The position numbers and the translations under genes are program-made. A stretch of 21,340 nt of DNA from the NCBI GenBank assembly GCA_019057475.1, contig DXJO01000037.1, positions 1 through 21,340 of the forward strand, given 5' to 3'. Shown in pieces: positions 7,440 to 15,755 of the stretch. How positions within the stretch are numbered: position 1 is the stretch's first letter; each line of letters begins with the position of its first letter. The stretch is from Candidatus Thorarchaeota archaeon. Lineage in GTDB: Archaea; Asgardarchaeota; Thorarchaeia; Thorarchaeales; Thorarchaeaceae. The notes under the pieces are model-generated. The model ran no database searches. It was not told the origin of the DNA and worked only from the letters and a program-made list of their open reading frames with translations.

Positions 7440-9055
7440 GGCCCTGTGGAATAAGTCGAATGACGGAAAAGAACCAGAATTCCATCTCTTCGATGTTGCA
7501 TTTCATACATCTCACAAGAAAACCGATGCTGATATCGATCACATCGAGTGTAAACTAACGGGCTTTTTCCACAGAGCCGATCTCTTCGGACAAGTTATTA
7601 GCAAAGACGTACAAATCACGGTTGAGGGGAAGGCAAACCATTGATTGCGGTTCCGTATCTAGTGAAGCAAGCAAGGAGGTCGAAAGTCCGAATTTATTCG
7701 GTCATTCTTCTATGCTCTATTATCGGGACAGTTCACCTGACCATATCTCTGGAAACCTACGTCAGAGAACCAGTGGCAATCTGGGAGGAACTGAATAATC
7801 CATGGGCCTATGCTCTCTACGACATTGCCTTTTATGATTCATCTCGCGGGTGGGCAATTGGAATGGCAGATGCTGGGCCAGGGGAACGTGACTGTGGAGT
7901 TGTGCTGCAGACCAAAGATGGAGGAGATACGTGGACCCTGTCCTATTCGAACCCGGATGTTCAACCTAATTTCATCGAGATTGTTGATTCCAAGACGGTA
8001 TGGATTGCTACAAGAAGAGGACTCCTGAACACTCTTAACGGTGGTTTAACATGGAATATCGACCTGCCAAAATACAAAGCAGCTTATGAATACAATCCCA
8101 CTGTGGCATTCAAAAACTCCACGCATGGTTGGACAAGTATAAACTGGGAACTCCTCTATACTGTAGATGGAGGGCACATCTGGAATCCTGTCGAATCATG
8201 GCCCTTTGATACAGGGGTTTTCCAGATCCGTTTTGTTGGAGAACAACTGATGTGGGCAGGGAGTCTTGATGGAATATTCCACAGCCAAGATGGAGGACAG
8301 ACTTGGACTCAGCAATTCAACAGATCAACCCGTGGTCTTGCAATAGTGAGCGAAACTGAGGGATGGGCTTGTTACCTTGACAGCCATCTTTCACACATGA
8401 TAGATGGACAAAACTGGATTCAAAAGCATACACCCAGCAGAGCGTCCTATTTCCAATGGGCAGCTTCGCGCTATATGGATTTGGAATTCATCAACCCCAA
8501 ACAGGGTTGGATAGTGGGGTCTACCGTGGGTGTCGCTTACACTCCAGATGGGGGATTGAACTGGTATGTACAAAAGCTACCCCCACGCTGGAGTAGTCTG
8601 CGGGCTGTAGACTTCATCAATGAAACACATGGCTGGGCTGTTGGATGGAATGGGAACATATACCGTACAAGAACAGGCAATCAATACGGCAGAAGGTTGG
8701 TAGGAGACGGGTACGTGATTCGAGGGTTTGGGGGTGACTGGGTTATTCCAAGTAGCACTGTGGTATGTGTCATTCTGGTTGCTTTTGGTGGTATTGTATC
8801 ACTTCAATTGATTGATAGATATCGGGAGAGGAGAAAATCTGAACCAATTCAAGCATCCCTGAGAATTCAATGGTAGGATTGTGTGACAAAAGGTTGGCAT
8901 ACTGAATATCAGTAGCCCCTAATAGGCGAAAGATAAGATCAAAGAGTGCGATGTGGAAGTTACCAACATCGGTTTTCTTGTGAGATGTATGAAATGCAAC
9001 ATCGAAGAGATGGATCCTGGTTCTTTCTCTGTCATTTGACTTATTCCACAGGGCC
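7440..9055. mobile_element. Non-autonomous IS5-family (IS903-like) insertion cassette carrying one passenger gene
   Basis: Perfect 18-bp terminal IR GGCCCTGTGGAATAAGTC (7440-7457 / 9038-9055), extending imperfectly to ~110 bp with a perfect 48-bp block (7481-7528 / 8967-9014). Direct flanks CTGTTAGCA (9 bp) at 7431-7439 and 9056-9064. No transposase. Confidence 0.92.
7641..8876 (+). CDS. YCF48-related / BNR(Asp-box)-repeat beta-propeller membrane protein
   Basis: Six TxDGGxxW-type repeats (TKDGGDTW, TLNGGLTW, TVDGGHIW, SQDGGQTW, MIDGQNW, TPDGGLNW), F.N...GW motifs, and N- and C-terminal hydrophobic segments. Confidence 0.9.
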   Translation: MIAVPYLVKQARRSKVRIYSVILLCSIIGTVHLTISLETYVREPVAIWEELNNPWAYALYDIAFYDSSRGWAIGMADAGPGERDCGVVLQTKDGGDTWTLSYSNPDVQPNFIEIVDSKTVWIATRRGLLNTLNGGLTWNIDLPKYKAAYEYNPTVAFKNSTHGWTSINWELLYTVDGGHIWNPVESWPFDTGVFQIRFVGEQLMWAGSLDGIFHSQDGGQTWTQQFNRSTRGLAIVSETEGWACYLDSHLSHMIDGQNWIQKHTPSRASYFQWAASRYMDLEFINPKQGWIVGSTVGVAYTPDGGLNWYVQKLPPRWSSLRAVDFINETHGWAVGWNGNIYRTRTGNQYGRRLVGDGYVIRGFGGDWVIPSSTVVCVILVAFGGIVSLQLIDRYRERRKSEPIQASLRIQW

Positions 9056-9074
9056 CTGTTAGCAGACAAAGATA

Positions 9075-9308
9075 TCATTCCAAAATTGGATAATAGTCAA
9101 TATCCTCTGTATCTTTGTAGATTGAGCATTTCTTAGAACCTAGGATGACATCATATGGCACCCAAGTTACTTTCAGAGGCTCAATTCCCTCCAAAATCAC
9201 TTTACCATAGGTAAAACCCATGAACCGTACCCTAACACTTACACTTCTACTAAGCAACTTACGAATCTTGCGCTTCTGCTCAGTGGTAAGGTCAAGTTCA
9301 ATCTTCAT
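9075..9308 (-). CDS. Small hypothetical protein coupled to HNH 2
   Basis: ATG 9308 with GGTGGTGA upstream, 11 nt after the HNH 2 stop. Confidence 0.65.
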   Translation of the reverse strand: MKIELDLTTEQKRKIRKLLSRSVSVRVRFMGFTYGKVILEGIEPLKVTWVPYDVILGSKKCSIYKDTEDIDYYPILE

Positions 9309-9319
9309 CGTCACCACCC

Positions 9320-9781
9320 TTAGAAATACATCTCAAAGATAATGTCCTGTTCAAGAGCCTTCACCAGCGTAATGTCTGGTGTTCCTCTCTTAACCACGCT
9401 TCCTTCCTCATAACCATACTCGAATGCTTTGAGAAGACACATCATATCGAGGAATCCATATTGCTCCTCTCGATGGATCATTGAGTGACATTGTGGACAG
9501 ACTAATGTTACCCACCAAGGATTTGCATCGCCGTGTAAATTATCTCTTACAATATGATGAAAGTGCATATTGTGTTCGCCTATGAATAATTCACTTATAC
9601 CACAAAGAACACAATTCCTTTCGAACAAATTGCGTATATGTCTTCCATTTGTTCCTAAAAGACGACATCCGTATTCTCCAGTTATCTCATAAAAATGACC
9701 AACAATTAATCCTTCAGCTGCTTTCTTGATCAATGCTCGTGATACTGCTAGATTATGGTCATATTGTTTGAATGTGCTCAT
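9320..9781 (-). CDS. HNH endonuclease-like protein (paralog 2)
   Basis: CVLCG...FHHI...LVCPQCHSMIH, with GGAGA upstream. Clearly homologous to 5716-6219. Confidence 0.85.
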   Translation of the reverse strand: MSTFKQYDHNLAVSRALIKKAAEGLIVGHFYEITGEYGCRLLGTNGRHIRNLFERNCVLCGISELFIGEHNMHFHHIVRDNLHGDANPWWVTLVCPQCHSMIHREEQYGFLDMMCLLKAFEYGYEEGSVVKRGTPDITLVKALEQDIIFEMYF

Positions 9782-9840
9782 GTTTCTTTATCTCCTAAAC
9801 TCGTTCTGAGGTCACCAGAGCCTGCCTCTGTACAGTGTAC

Positions 9841-9951
9841 TCGATACTTGGAATTGTACCTGGAATATGCTACTATCTTATCAAATCGAAATCATGCCCG
9901 ATGTGTAATAGCCAAAACTGGGGGGTAAAACCAAAGCGTAATAGTTTTTGA
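9841..9951 (+). pseudogene. 3' fragment of a small membrane/Zn-ribbon protein gene
   Basis: Translates ...ILGIVPGICYYLIKSKSCPMCNSQNWGVKPKRNSF*. The first CxxC half and a convincing start are missing. Confidence 0.5.
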
Positions 9952-10029
9952 TATCCACAAGATCTTGTATGGTATTCGGTGCGTCTACCCTAGCAGGCGG
10001 AGTCGAAGTCATACAAAGATTCGCAGATC

Positions 10030-10428
10030 TCATCGTTCAACATTCTTCTCCCAATAATATTCGACTGACTTGCTATCGTCCGCCCCTAGATATTCTAGCA
10101 TCGATCTAAAAAGCGGTTCAAGGTGGCTAGGGTCATCGAGTGCAAAAACGAAGACCGGTCCCTTCGACTTCTTCAGGATCGTGCTGGTCCTGTACTTGGC
10201 TATCGCACTCATGTGCCATGGCCACGCAGCATCAAGAAAGTGTTCTCTTATTTCGATTCTCTTTGCCCTTTGTCGTCCGCGAATTTTATATCGGAGAAAA
10301 CAGTAACGCTTGGTGTAGGGCCTCATATCATTGAAGGGGGTTTTGTGGCTCTTACCTTTGTCGATTACTTTTCTTAACCTTTCAAATTCTTCACGAGAAA
10401 GCACGATAGGCATGAAATCACAGTCCAA
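10030..10428 (-). CDS. Hypothetical protein
   Basis: 132-aa ORF, the longest in the interval. The start may be MPIVLS. Confidence 0.6.
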   Translation of the reverse strand: MDCDFMPIVLSREEFERLRKVIDKGKSHKTPFNDMRPYTKRYCFLRYKIRGRQRAKRIEIREHFLDAAWPWHMSAIAKYRTSTILKKSKGPVFVFALDDPSHLEPLFRSMLEYLGADDSKSVEYYWEKNVER

Positions 10429-10713
10429 GGAGTAGCAATCGAATTGTCCGAATCAGATTCAACATTGAAGCAATTCTAAGCAATTCTCCATCGAATGGAA
10501 GTTGAAGTACAGGGAGCAATTGTTTTTTCATTTCATCACCTGAAGGTGGGCGAGACAGTATTCCATTAGTCAACACGACTTCATTACTGAAGTGCGCCTT
10601 GAGCGACATTGATACTGCCCCGCCCTTATTTAGAATCCAATCGCGCTCAAATTGAAGGAACACGTAGCCCCTGCCGCTGCCCCGATAGTGAACCCAATCG
10701 CATTGGATTAGAG

Positions 10714-11343
10714 ATGAAAATCACAATCGACCTTGATTTGCTGTTTGAAAACTTCGTGAGGAACTACGGATCATTCGGTTTCAACCAGAGTTGCACATGG
10801 ACTCGCCACACTACTGAGTACATGAGCTGGTTTGCGAAAGAGGGGATGGGAAGGGGCTTTCATGTGGACCAGGAAGTAGAATACCCAGAGCCGCCCGAGA
10901 TAGGTGCACAGAAGAAAAGGAGGGCTGACTTGGTTTGGATAACCGATCCGGATAGGCCACTGAAGGACGAGGTGTTTGCACTTCATGTTGAAAGCGAAAC
11001 TGGGGAGAAGTGGGGTGAACTCACAGTTAGTCTCTTGGCATACTCTCCTTTCAAGCCGCTTCCTGCCGTAGTGGGAGTGCTTCATAAAACGACGCAGAGG
11101 AAATCCAAACGCGCATTTGCACGCTCGATTGTCAAGTACGCGTCTAAAAGGCTGAAAAACAGGAACCGGGAGATGTTGTTAATCCTCGACCTGTTCTGGG
11201 AGGAAGGAGATCCTATCTACGGATGCATCATAGACAGAAGAGGTTCGGTAAGAATACATCTAGCTGAAGGACTCTACCACAAATGGCGAAAGGAAAAATA
11301 CTATGACTTGAAGCTTGTAGGCCAAGTCAAGAAGTTTGAGTGA
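10714..11343 (+). CDS. Putative PD-(D/E)xK-fold nuclease-like protein
   Basis: EVEY...RADLVW...LHVESE acidic motif spacing is typical of restriction-endonuclease-like folds. Likely ATG 10714 (MKITIDL). Confidence 0.55.
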   Translation: MKITIDLDLLFENFVRNYGSFGFNQSCTWTRHTTEYMSWFAKEGMGRGFHVDQEVEYPEPPEIGAQKKRRADLVWITDPDRPLKDEVFALHVESETGEKWGELTVSLLAYSPFKPLPAVVGVLHKTTQRKSKRAFARSIVKYASKRLKNRNREMLLILDLFWEEGDPIYGCIIDRRGSVRIHLAEGLYHKWRKEKYYDLKLVGQVKKFE

Positions 11344-11548
11344 GGATCATGGCATGTCATTTCAAACTGAAAAACCCTGAATGTTCGACTGGCCCGTCCT
11401 CGGCCCAGAAGAATCAAACTCCAAGGTCGAAGACTGCAGAGTGTACCTGTGTCGGTCCAAGAACTCTTGACGCATAGATGTGTTTTATGAAGGGAGAATC
11501 GAGGATAACTATGGAGATATTGCTATGCTAGAGATGGATTGGGTCTTT

Positions 11549-11752
11549 ATGCGCGATTCCTCCAAGGATGTCATCAAGCTGCTAGTTGTCATCTTATTTC
11601 TGGTGGCCATAGTACTGCTTGCGAGCGGAAGTTTCGATATCACTCAACCTGTAATGCTGTTTCTTGCGGCTGGCATCGCTTGCTTCGCCATTCTCGCAAT
11701 CTGTAGTGGGATTGTAATCCGCAGACGGTCAATCTCCCACGATTGGCAGTAG
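11549..11752 (+). CDS. Small two-TM membrane protein
   Basis: Two hydrophobic stretches and a basic tail (RRR). Start uncertain (11480-11549). Confidence 0.6.
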   Translation: MRDSSKDVIKLLVVILFLVAIVLLASGSFDITQPVMLFLAAGIACFAILAICSGIVIRRRSISHDWQ

Positions 11753-11877
11753 AGGTCTGCACAGGCGCCCTAGAGGGGTCTGTTGTCGAAACAAGTACCA
11801 TTCATGCATACTACGTGAGCTATCGCTGGTATAGGGGACCATTAGGGCTGAACTGTTCAGTGGAGGAGTTCATTTAG

Positions 11878-12012
11878 CAAGAACTCATTGATAGATTCTT
11901 GAAGACTAAGGAAAAAGCACGATATCTGAGTATTGCCGATTGGGTGAGAGATTGCCTTCGCCACTGCCTAGACGCGATTGAGATGAAAGAGAGAGAAGAG
12001 AGAAAGAAGTGA
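11878..12012 (+). pseudogene. Ribbon-helix-helix (CopG-like) gene remnant
   Basis: QELIDRFLKTKEKARYLSIADWVRDCLRHCLDAIEMKEREERKK* fits the RHH helices (Y.S..(D/E).VR..LR). It is preceded by an in-frame TAG and the N-terminal strand is missing. Confidence 0.55.
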
Positions 12013-12083
12013 GTGACCGAACACCCTTCACGACACCTCGTGTTCTGCCTGTGCAAGATAGGGTGTTAAGTTCGTGTTAGATG

Positions 12084-13177
12084 ACTCACTCATGTTATCC
12101 TCTTCTGATGCTGTTAGATTGAGATGTTAGGTGGTTCTGAATTCTCTTCTTCACAAAAAGACCTAACAAGTTATCACAAGTTCACAGAAAAGGTCTGATA
12201 TATCAGGCGGCTTTAGGCATTCTTTGATAGAAGCGTAGCTGTCTCGCTAATTAATACGTTCGTATTATTTAGACAATGTTCTTCACAAAATTCCATATGC
12301 CGTACAATCTTCCGAGCGGTGTCATAATCCTTTCTGCACCACGCTTCGACTGCTGGAATATTGCATTTTAGTCCCTCTATCTTATCATAGAATTATATAC
12401 ACTCTTGACAAAAACATATACACTCTTGACAGTGTCAACATCTGAATCCTAACAACCTAACAGAAACATATACACTCTTGACAGTGTCAACATCTGAATC
12501 TTCACAAGTTGACAGAAAAACTTCACAAGTTTTCACAGACTCACAGAAAATCCTCACAAGTTCACAGAAAAGGTCTGATATATCAGGCGGCTTTAGGCAT
12601 TCTTTGATAGAAGCATATACACTCTTGACAAAAACATATACACTCTTGATGGAAAAGGTCTGATATCTCAAAGGCATAATAAAGATGGGCCATTTGGTCG
12701 TCTATCCACTATATAGGGTGTCCTGCAAGTACGTTTGCAAGTGTGTTTGCAAGTTGGCCTATATAGCGCTCCTGCAACCCTCTTTGTAAGGGTGTTTGTA
12801 AGGGTGTTTGTAAGGTGGGTCTTTCGTACCCTTCAATCACCTGAGCATCGCATGAGAATCGAGGTCTAACGGGATGTGAGGGGGTGAGGATGGGGGTACG
12901 AAAGCCATACTAGACCTCATCTACCCTCATTCTATGAGGGGGTAGCCATAGCCCAGTGTGTTAGTATCTTACATGACTAATAACCTAACACATAAGCATC
13001 AATGCATCCTAAGAAAGACAGACGTGTGTAAGATGCCAGCTTGCAAGCATTTTCATAGTTGTCTGCAATGTAATTACCACTCATCACGCAAGAACGAAAG
13101 GTGTAAACAACCTAACATTTTACAGATGTTAGTCCTCCTGTTCTAGTGTAGATAGGACTTCCCACACTGCCTTCTCA
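12084..13177. repeat. Copy A of a repeat-rich non-coding element
   Basis: Collinear with 14913-15595: CACTCATGTTA, CTGTTAGATTGAG, GTTAGGTGGTTCTGA, two CTATATAG boxes with 12-bp repeats, hairpin 12821-12831/12894-12904, and a 47-bp terminus at 13131-13177. Confidence 0.9.
12174..12650. repeat. Iteron-like cluster
   Basis: Perfect 61-bp direct repeat (12174-12234, 12554-12614), five ATATACACTCTTGA (12395, 12416, 12468, 12615, 12636) and two TTGACAGTGTCAA inverted repeats. Confidence 0.9.
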
Positions 13178-13494
13178 TATACAGTCAGGGCAAACGTGTT
13201 AGTTTTACACGTTAGTTCTGGCTGAATGATAGTGTTACTATCAGCCATGAACTAACCCGTTCCGCAGTTTCTTGCTGCTCTGGCGATAACGCTGCATCAG
13301 AGCATCTATAATGGTTTCCATTTGAACATGAATGCCCCCCACCATGCACTAAAGGGATTCTGAACATTGTAGGTGCAATTGAACAGGTATCCCATAGGAC
13401 CCCAACCGACAGAACCACGAAGGCGAGCAACTAGCCTCTTGAACGTGCAGAACAATCTGAACCAGAGTTTCATTTGATCTGATTCCCGTCTGAA

Positions 13495-13562
13495 GCCCCG
13501 CCTTTGGTAGAAGCGCAGCGCATTAATATTGTCATTCGTGGTTATCACCCACAGTCTGACAA
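13495..13562 (-). pseudogene. GNAT acetyltransferase fragment
   Basis: VRLWVITTNDNINALRFYQRRGF is a typical GNAT C-terminal motif. The flanking in-frame sequence is not GNAT-like. Confidence 0.7.
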
Positions 13563-13737
13563 ATAGGCATTGACTAGGCACGAAACCTTGAGTGTGCCTG
13601 TATCGCTGAATAACGCAGATACATCGAGTTGATTGGTGTATTCCGAGAGTTACTAATGAGTGAATTATCACTGGTTACCTCAATGAGGTCTATTGTTCCG
13701 AACTTGTGGGCATTCCTCTTCTGACCATCTATTTTTC

Positions 13738-14604
13738 TTATTTTCGCTCTTCACCATAAAAACATCCTCTCCAATAAAGAACAAACCAAACAAAAAGAAT
13801 AGGTCCAATTGCAATTAACGAACTCTGTAATAGTGTAGGTTCTTGATGAATTGCCAAATCGAAAAGTCCTAGATGAATCAAGTTATTAAAGGAGTGCATA
13901 AGGACGCATGGCCAAACACTATTGGATTCAAGATATAACCAACCAAAGATAAAACCCGTTAATACAAAGATAAACAGAGCCATTAATGCACCAATAGGCT
14001 CTAATTGAGTGCCATAATATAGATTTGGAAAAATTAGTAATGGGAGATGCCAGACTGACATGATTATTCCAGTTAATAATAGTGCATGCCACTTTTCAAG
14101 TGGTCTTAATTTTTGAAGTAAGTAACTCCTCCAGCCAAATTCCTCACCAATAAATATAATAATTCCCCCAAAAAGATTGATTGGAACACGATATAGACCC
14201 ATGATTATTAAATTCCAATCTATTTCAATAAAATCCAAAGACACAAGTATAACATCCTGTATCCCATTCCAAAAAAAAGGTAATAAAATAGCACACAACC
14301 AATATTGCTTAGGAATATTCTTAATTCCAAGGTGAGCATCTTTGAAGCCCTCCCTAGCAACAATGGTTCGAGTGATTAATGCTGCTAAAAGTGGACTATA
14401 AGGTCCCATTATCCCAAGAATATTAATCCATAAAGCCTCCTCCTTAAAAAATACTGACCCAAGAAAGGGAATCCACAATAAAGCAAAAGACAGTATAACA
14501 AAAAAAATAATTTGATTTACTGGAATAAAAACAGATTTATCATCAATCCCATGATTTTCTTCAGTAGAAATGTCATTTATTGCCATTTTTTTCTCATACC
14601 TCAT
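13738..14604 (-). CDS. CPBP family (CAAX/Abi) intramembrane metalloprotease
   Basis: GEEFGWRSYL, WHLP and HSFNN motifs, multiple TMs, markedly AT-rich. Confidence 0.93.
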   Translation of the reverse strand: MRYEKKMAINDISTEENHGIDDKSVFIPVNQIIFFVILSFALLWIPFLGSVFFKEEALWINILGIMGPYSPLLAALITRTIVAREGFKDAHLGIKNIPKQYWLCAILLPFFWNGIQDVILVSLDFIEIDWNLIIMGLYRVPINLFGGIIIFIGEEFGWRSYLLQKLRPLEKWHALLLTGIIMSVWHLPLLIFPNLYYGTQLEPIGALMALFIFVLTGFIFGWLYLESNSVWPCVLMHSFNNLIHLGLFDLAIHQEPTLLQSSLIAIGPILFVWFVLYWRGCFYGEERK

Positions 14605-14705
14605 TTAATATCTTGATCTGGTTGTTTTTCTACTTAAATCGACCGCACTGCGTGTTATTCTTAAGAAAACTCATTTTTAATGCAAAGTTTTTCTAATAAA
14701 AAACA

Positions 14706-14762
14706 TTCAAACACTAGTGTTTAGAGGTGTTCAAACACTTGTGACGAAATCCAAGTGTTGAA
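14706..14762. promoter_or_regulatory. Operator-like palindromes upstream of CPBP
   Basis: Perfect AAACACTAGTGTTT (14709-14722), TTCAAACACT twice, and an AACACTTG/CAAGTGTT inverted pair. Confidence 0.4.
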
Positions 14763-14912
14763 GGTCAATTAAAGCGCATGAACATCACGTAAGGGAGGGT
14801 AAGATGGCAGGGTGCGTCACCTCTAGGGATACTTGAACTGATATAACCGATGTGCGCTACTAACAATACTAACAGACAGTCTTCCAGTTTCATAACAACA
14901 CTCATAGAAACC

Positions 14913-15595
14913 CACTCATGTTAGGTTTTCCTGAGTCAAACAGTTCACTCATGTTAGACTCTTCACTCATGTTAGGTTTTCCTGAGTCAAATAATTCACT
15001 CGTGTTAGACTCTCCTGACACTGTTAGATTGAGTTTTATTGAGAAGTTAGGTGGTTCTGACTCTATTTCTTTACAGAAGAGATCTGAAATCTTCTAGATG
15101 TAGTAAGATAAGATATTATGTCGTCTGGTCCCTATATAGCGCTGTGGAAAGTACTAAAGAAAGTACTAAAGAAAGTACTTTTGAAAGCTGGCCTATATAG
15201 CGCTACGGCAAGTACTTTTGCAAGTTGACCTTTCGTACCCTTCGATCACCTGAGCATCGCATGAGAATCGAGCTCTAACGGGATGTGAGGGGGGATGGTG
15301 GGGGTACGAAAGCTATACTAGACCTCATCTGCCCTCATTCTATAAGAACACACCCATAGCAGCGTATCAATACTTTACATTATTTACAACTTTACACAAT
15401 AGGCACCAATGAGTCTTAAAAGAAACAGACGTGTGTGAAACGCCAGCTTGCAAATGGCTTGCAAGCACTTTCGTAGTCTATCTGCAGCGCATTCGCCACT
15501 CGTCACGCGAGCGCGAAAAGGTGTAAGCAATCCGATGTTTTACATGTCAGTCCTCCTGTTCTAGTGTGGATAGGACTTCCCACACTGCCTTCTCA
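14913..15595. repeat. Copy B of the repeat-rich non-coding element
   Basis: 51-bp tandem duplication (14913-15014), CTATATAG at 15132 and 15193, hairpin 15230-15240/15302-15312, and terminus 15549-15595 (46/47 identical to copy A). Confidence 0.9.
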
Positions 15596-15755
15596 AGGGC
15601 ACGATCATTGAAATGCTGTTTCCAAATCCTAAGTATCTATGGTTCCCCATGAAGTTGGCTGCGCCAAACAATAGCGATATACGGGTTCAATCACTCCCTT
15701 ATGCAGCGCTTCACAACATGTTCCTAATGAAGTACTTCATGGCGGGTCATTCTCT

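Noticed and set aside
8770-9078. 102-aa minus-strand ORF as a transposase
   Set aside because: It has no DDE features, runs across the TSD and IR, and overlaps the YCF48-like gene.
12395-12650. CRISPR array
   Set aside because: The repeats are only 14-15 bp, the spacing is irregular (21, 52, 147, 21), the intervening sequences are themselves repeated, and there are no cas genes.
12435-13146. Short ORFs within repeat copy A
   Set aside because: They are translations of DNA repeats and are not preserved in copy B.
13131-13177. The 47-bp terminus resembles the 5' half of a tRNA-Glu(CTC) (GTCC...TCTAG...AGGAC...CTGCC-TTCTCA)
   Set aside because: There is no T-arm (GTTCRA) or acceptor 3' strand in either copy and the D-arm spacing is wrong. 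It is not called a tRNA, though comparison with host tRNAs is worthwhile.
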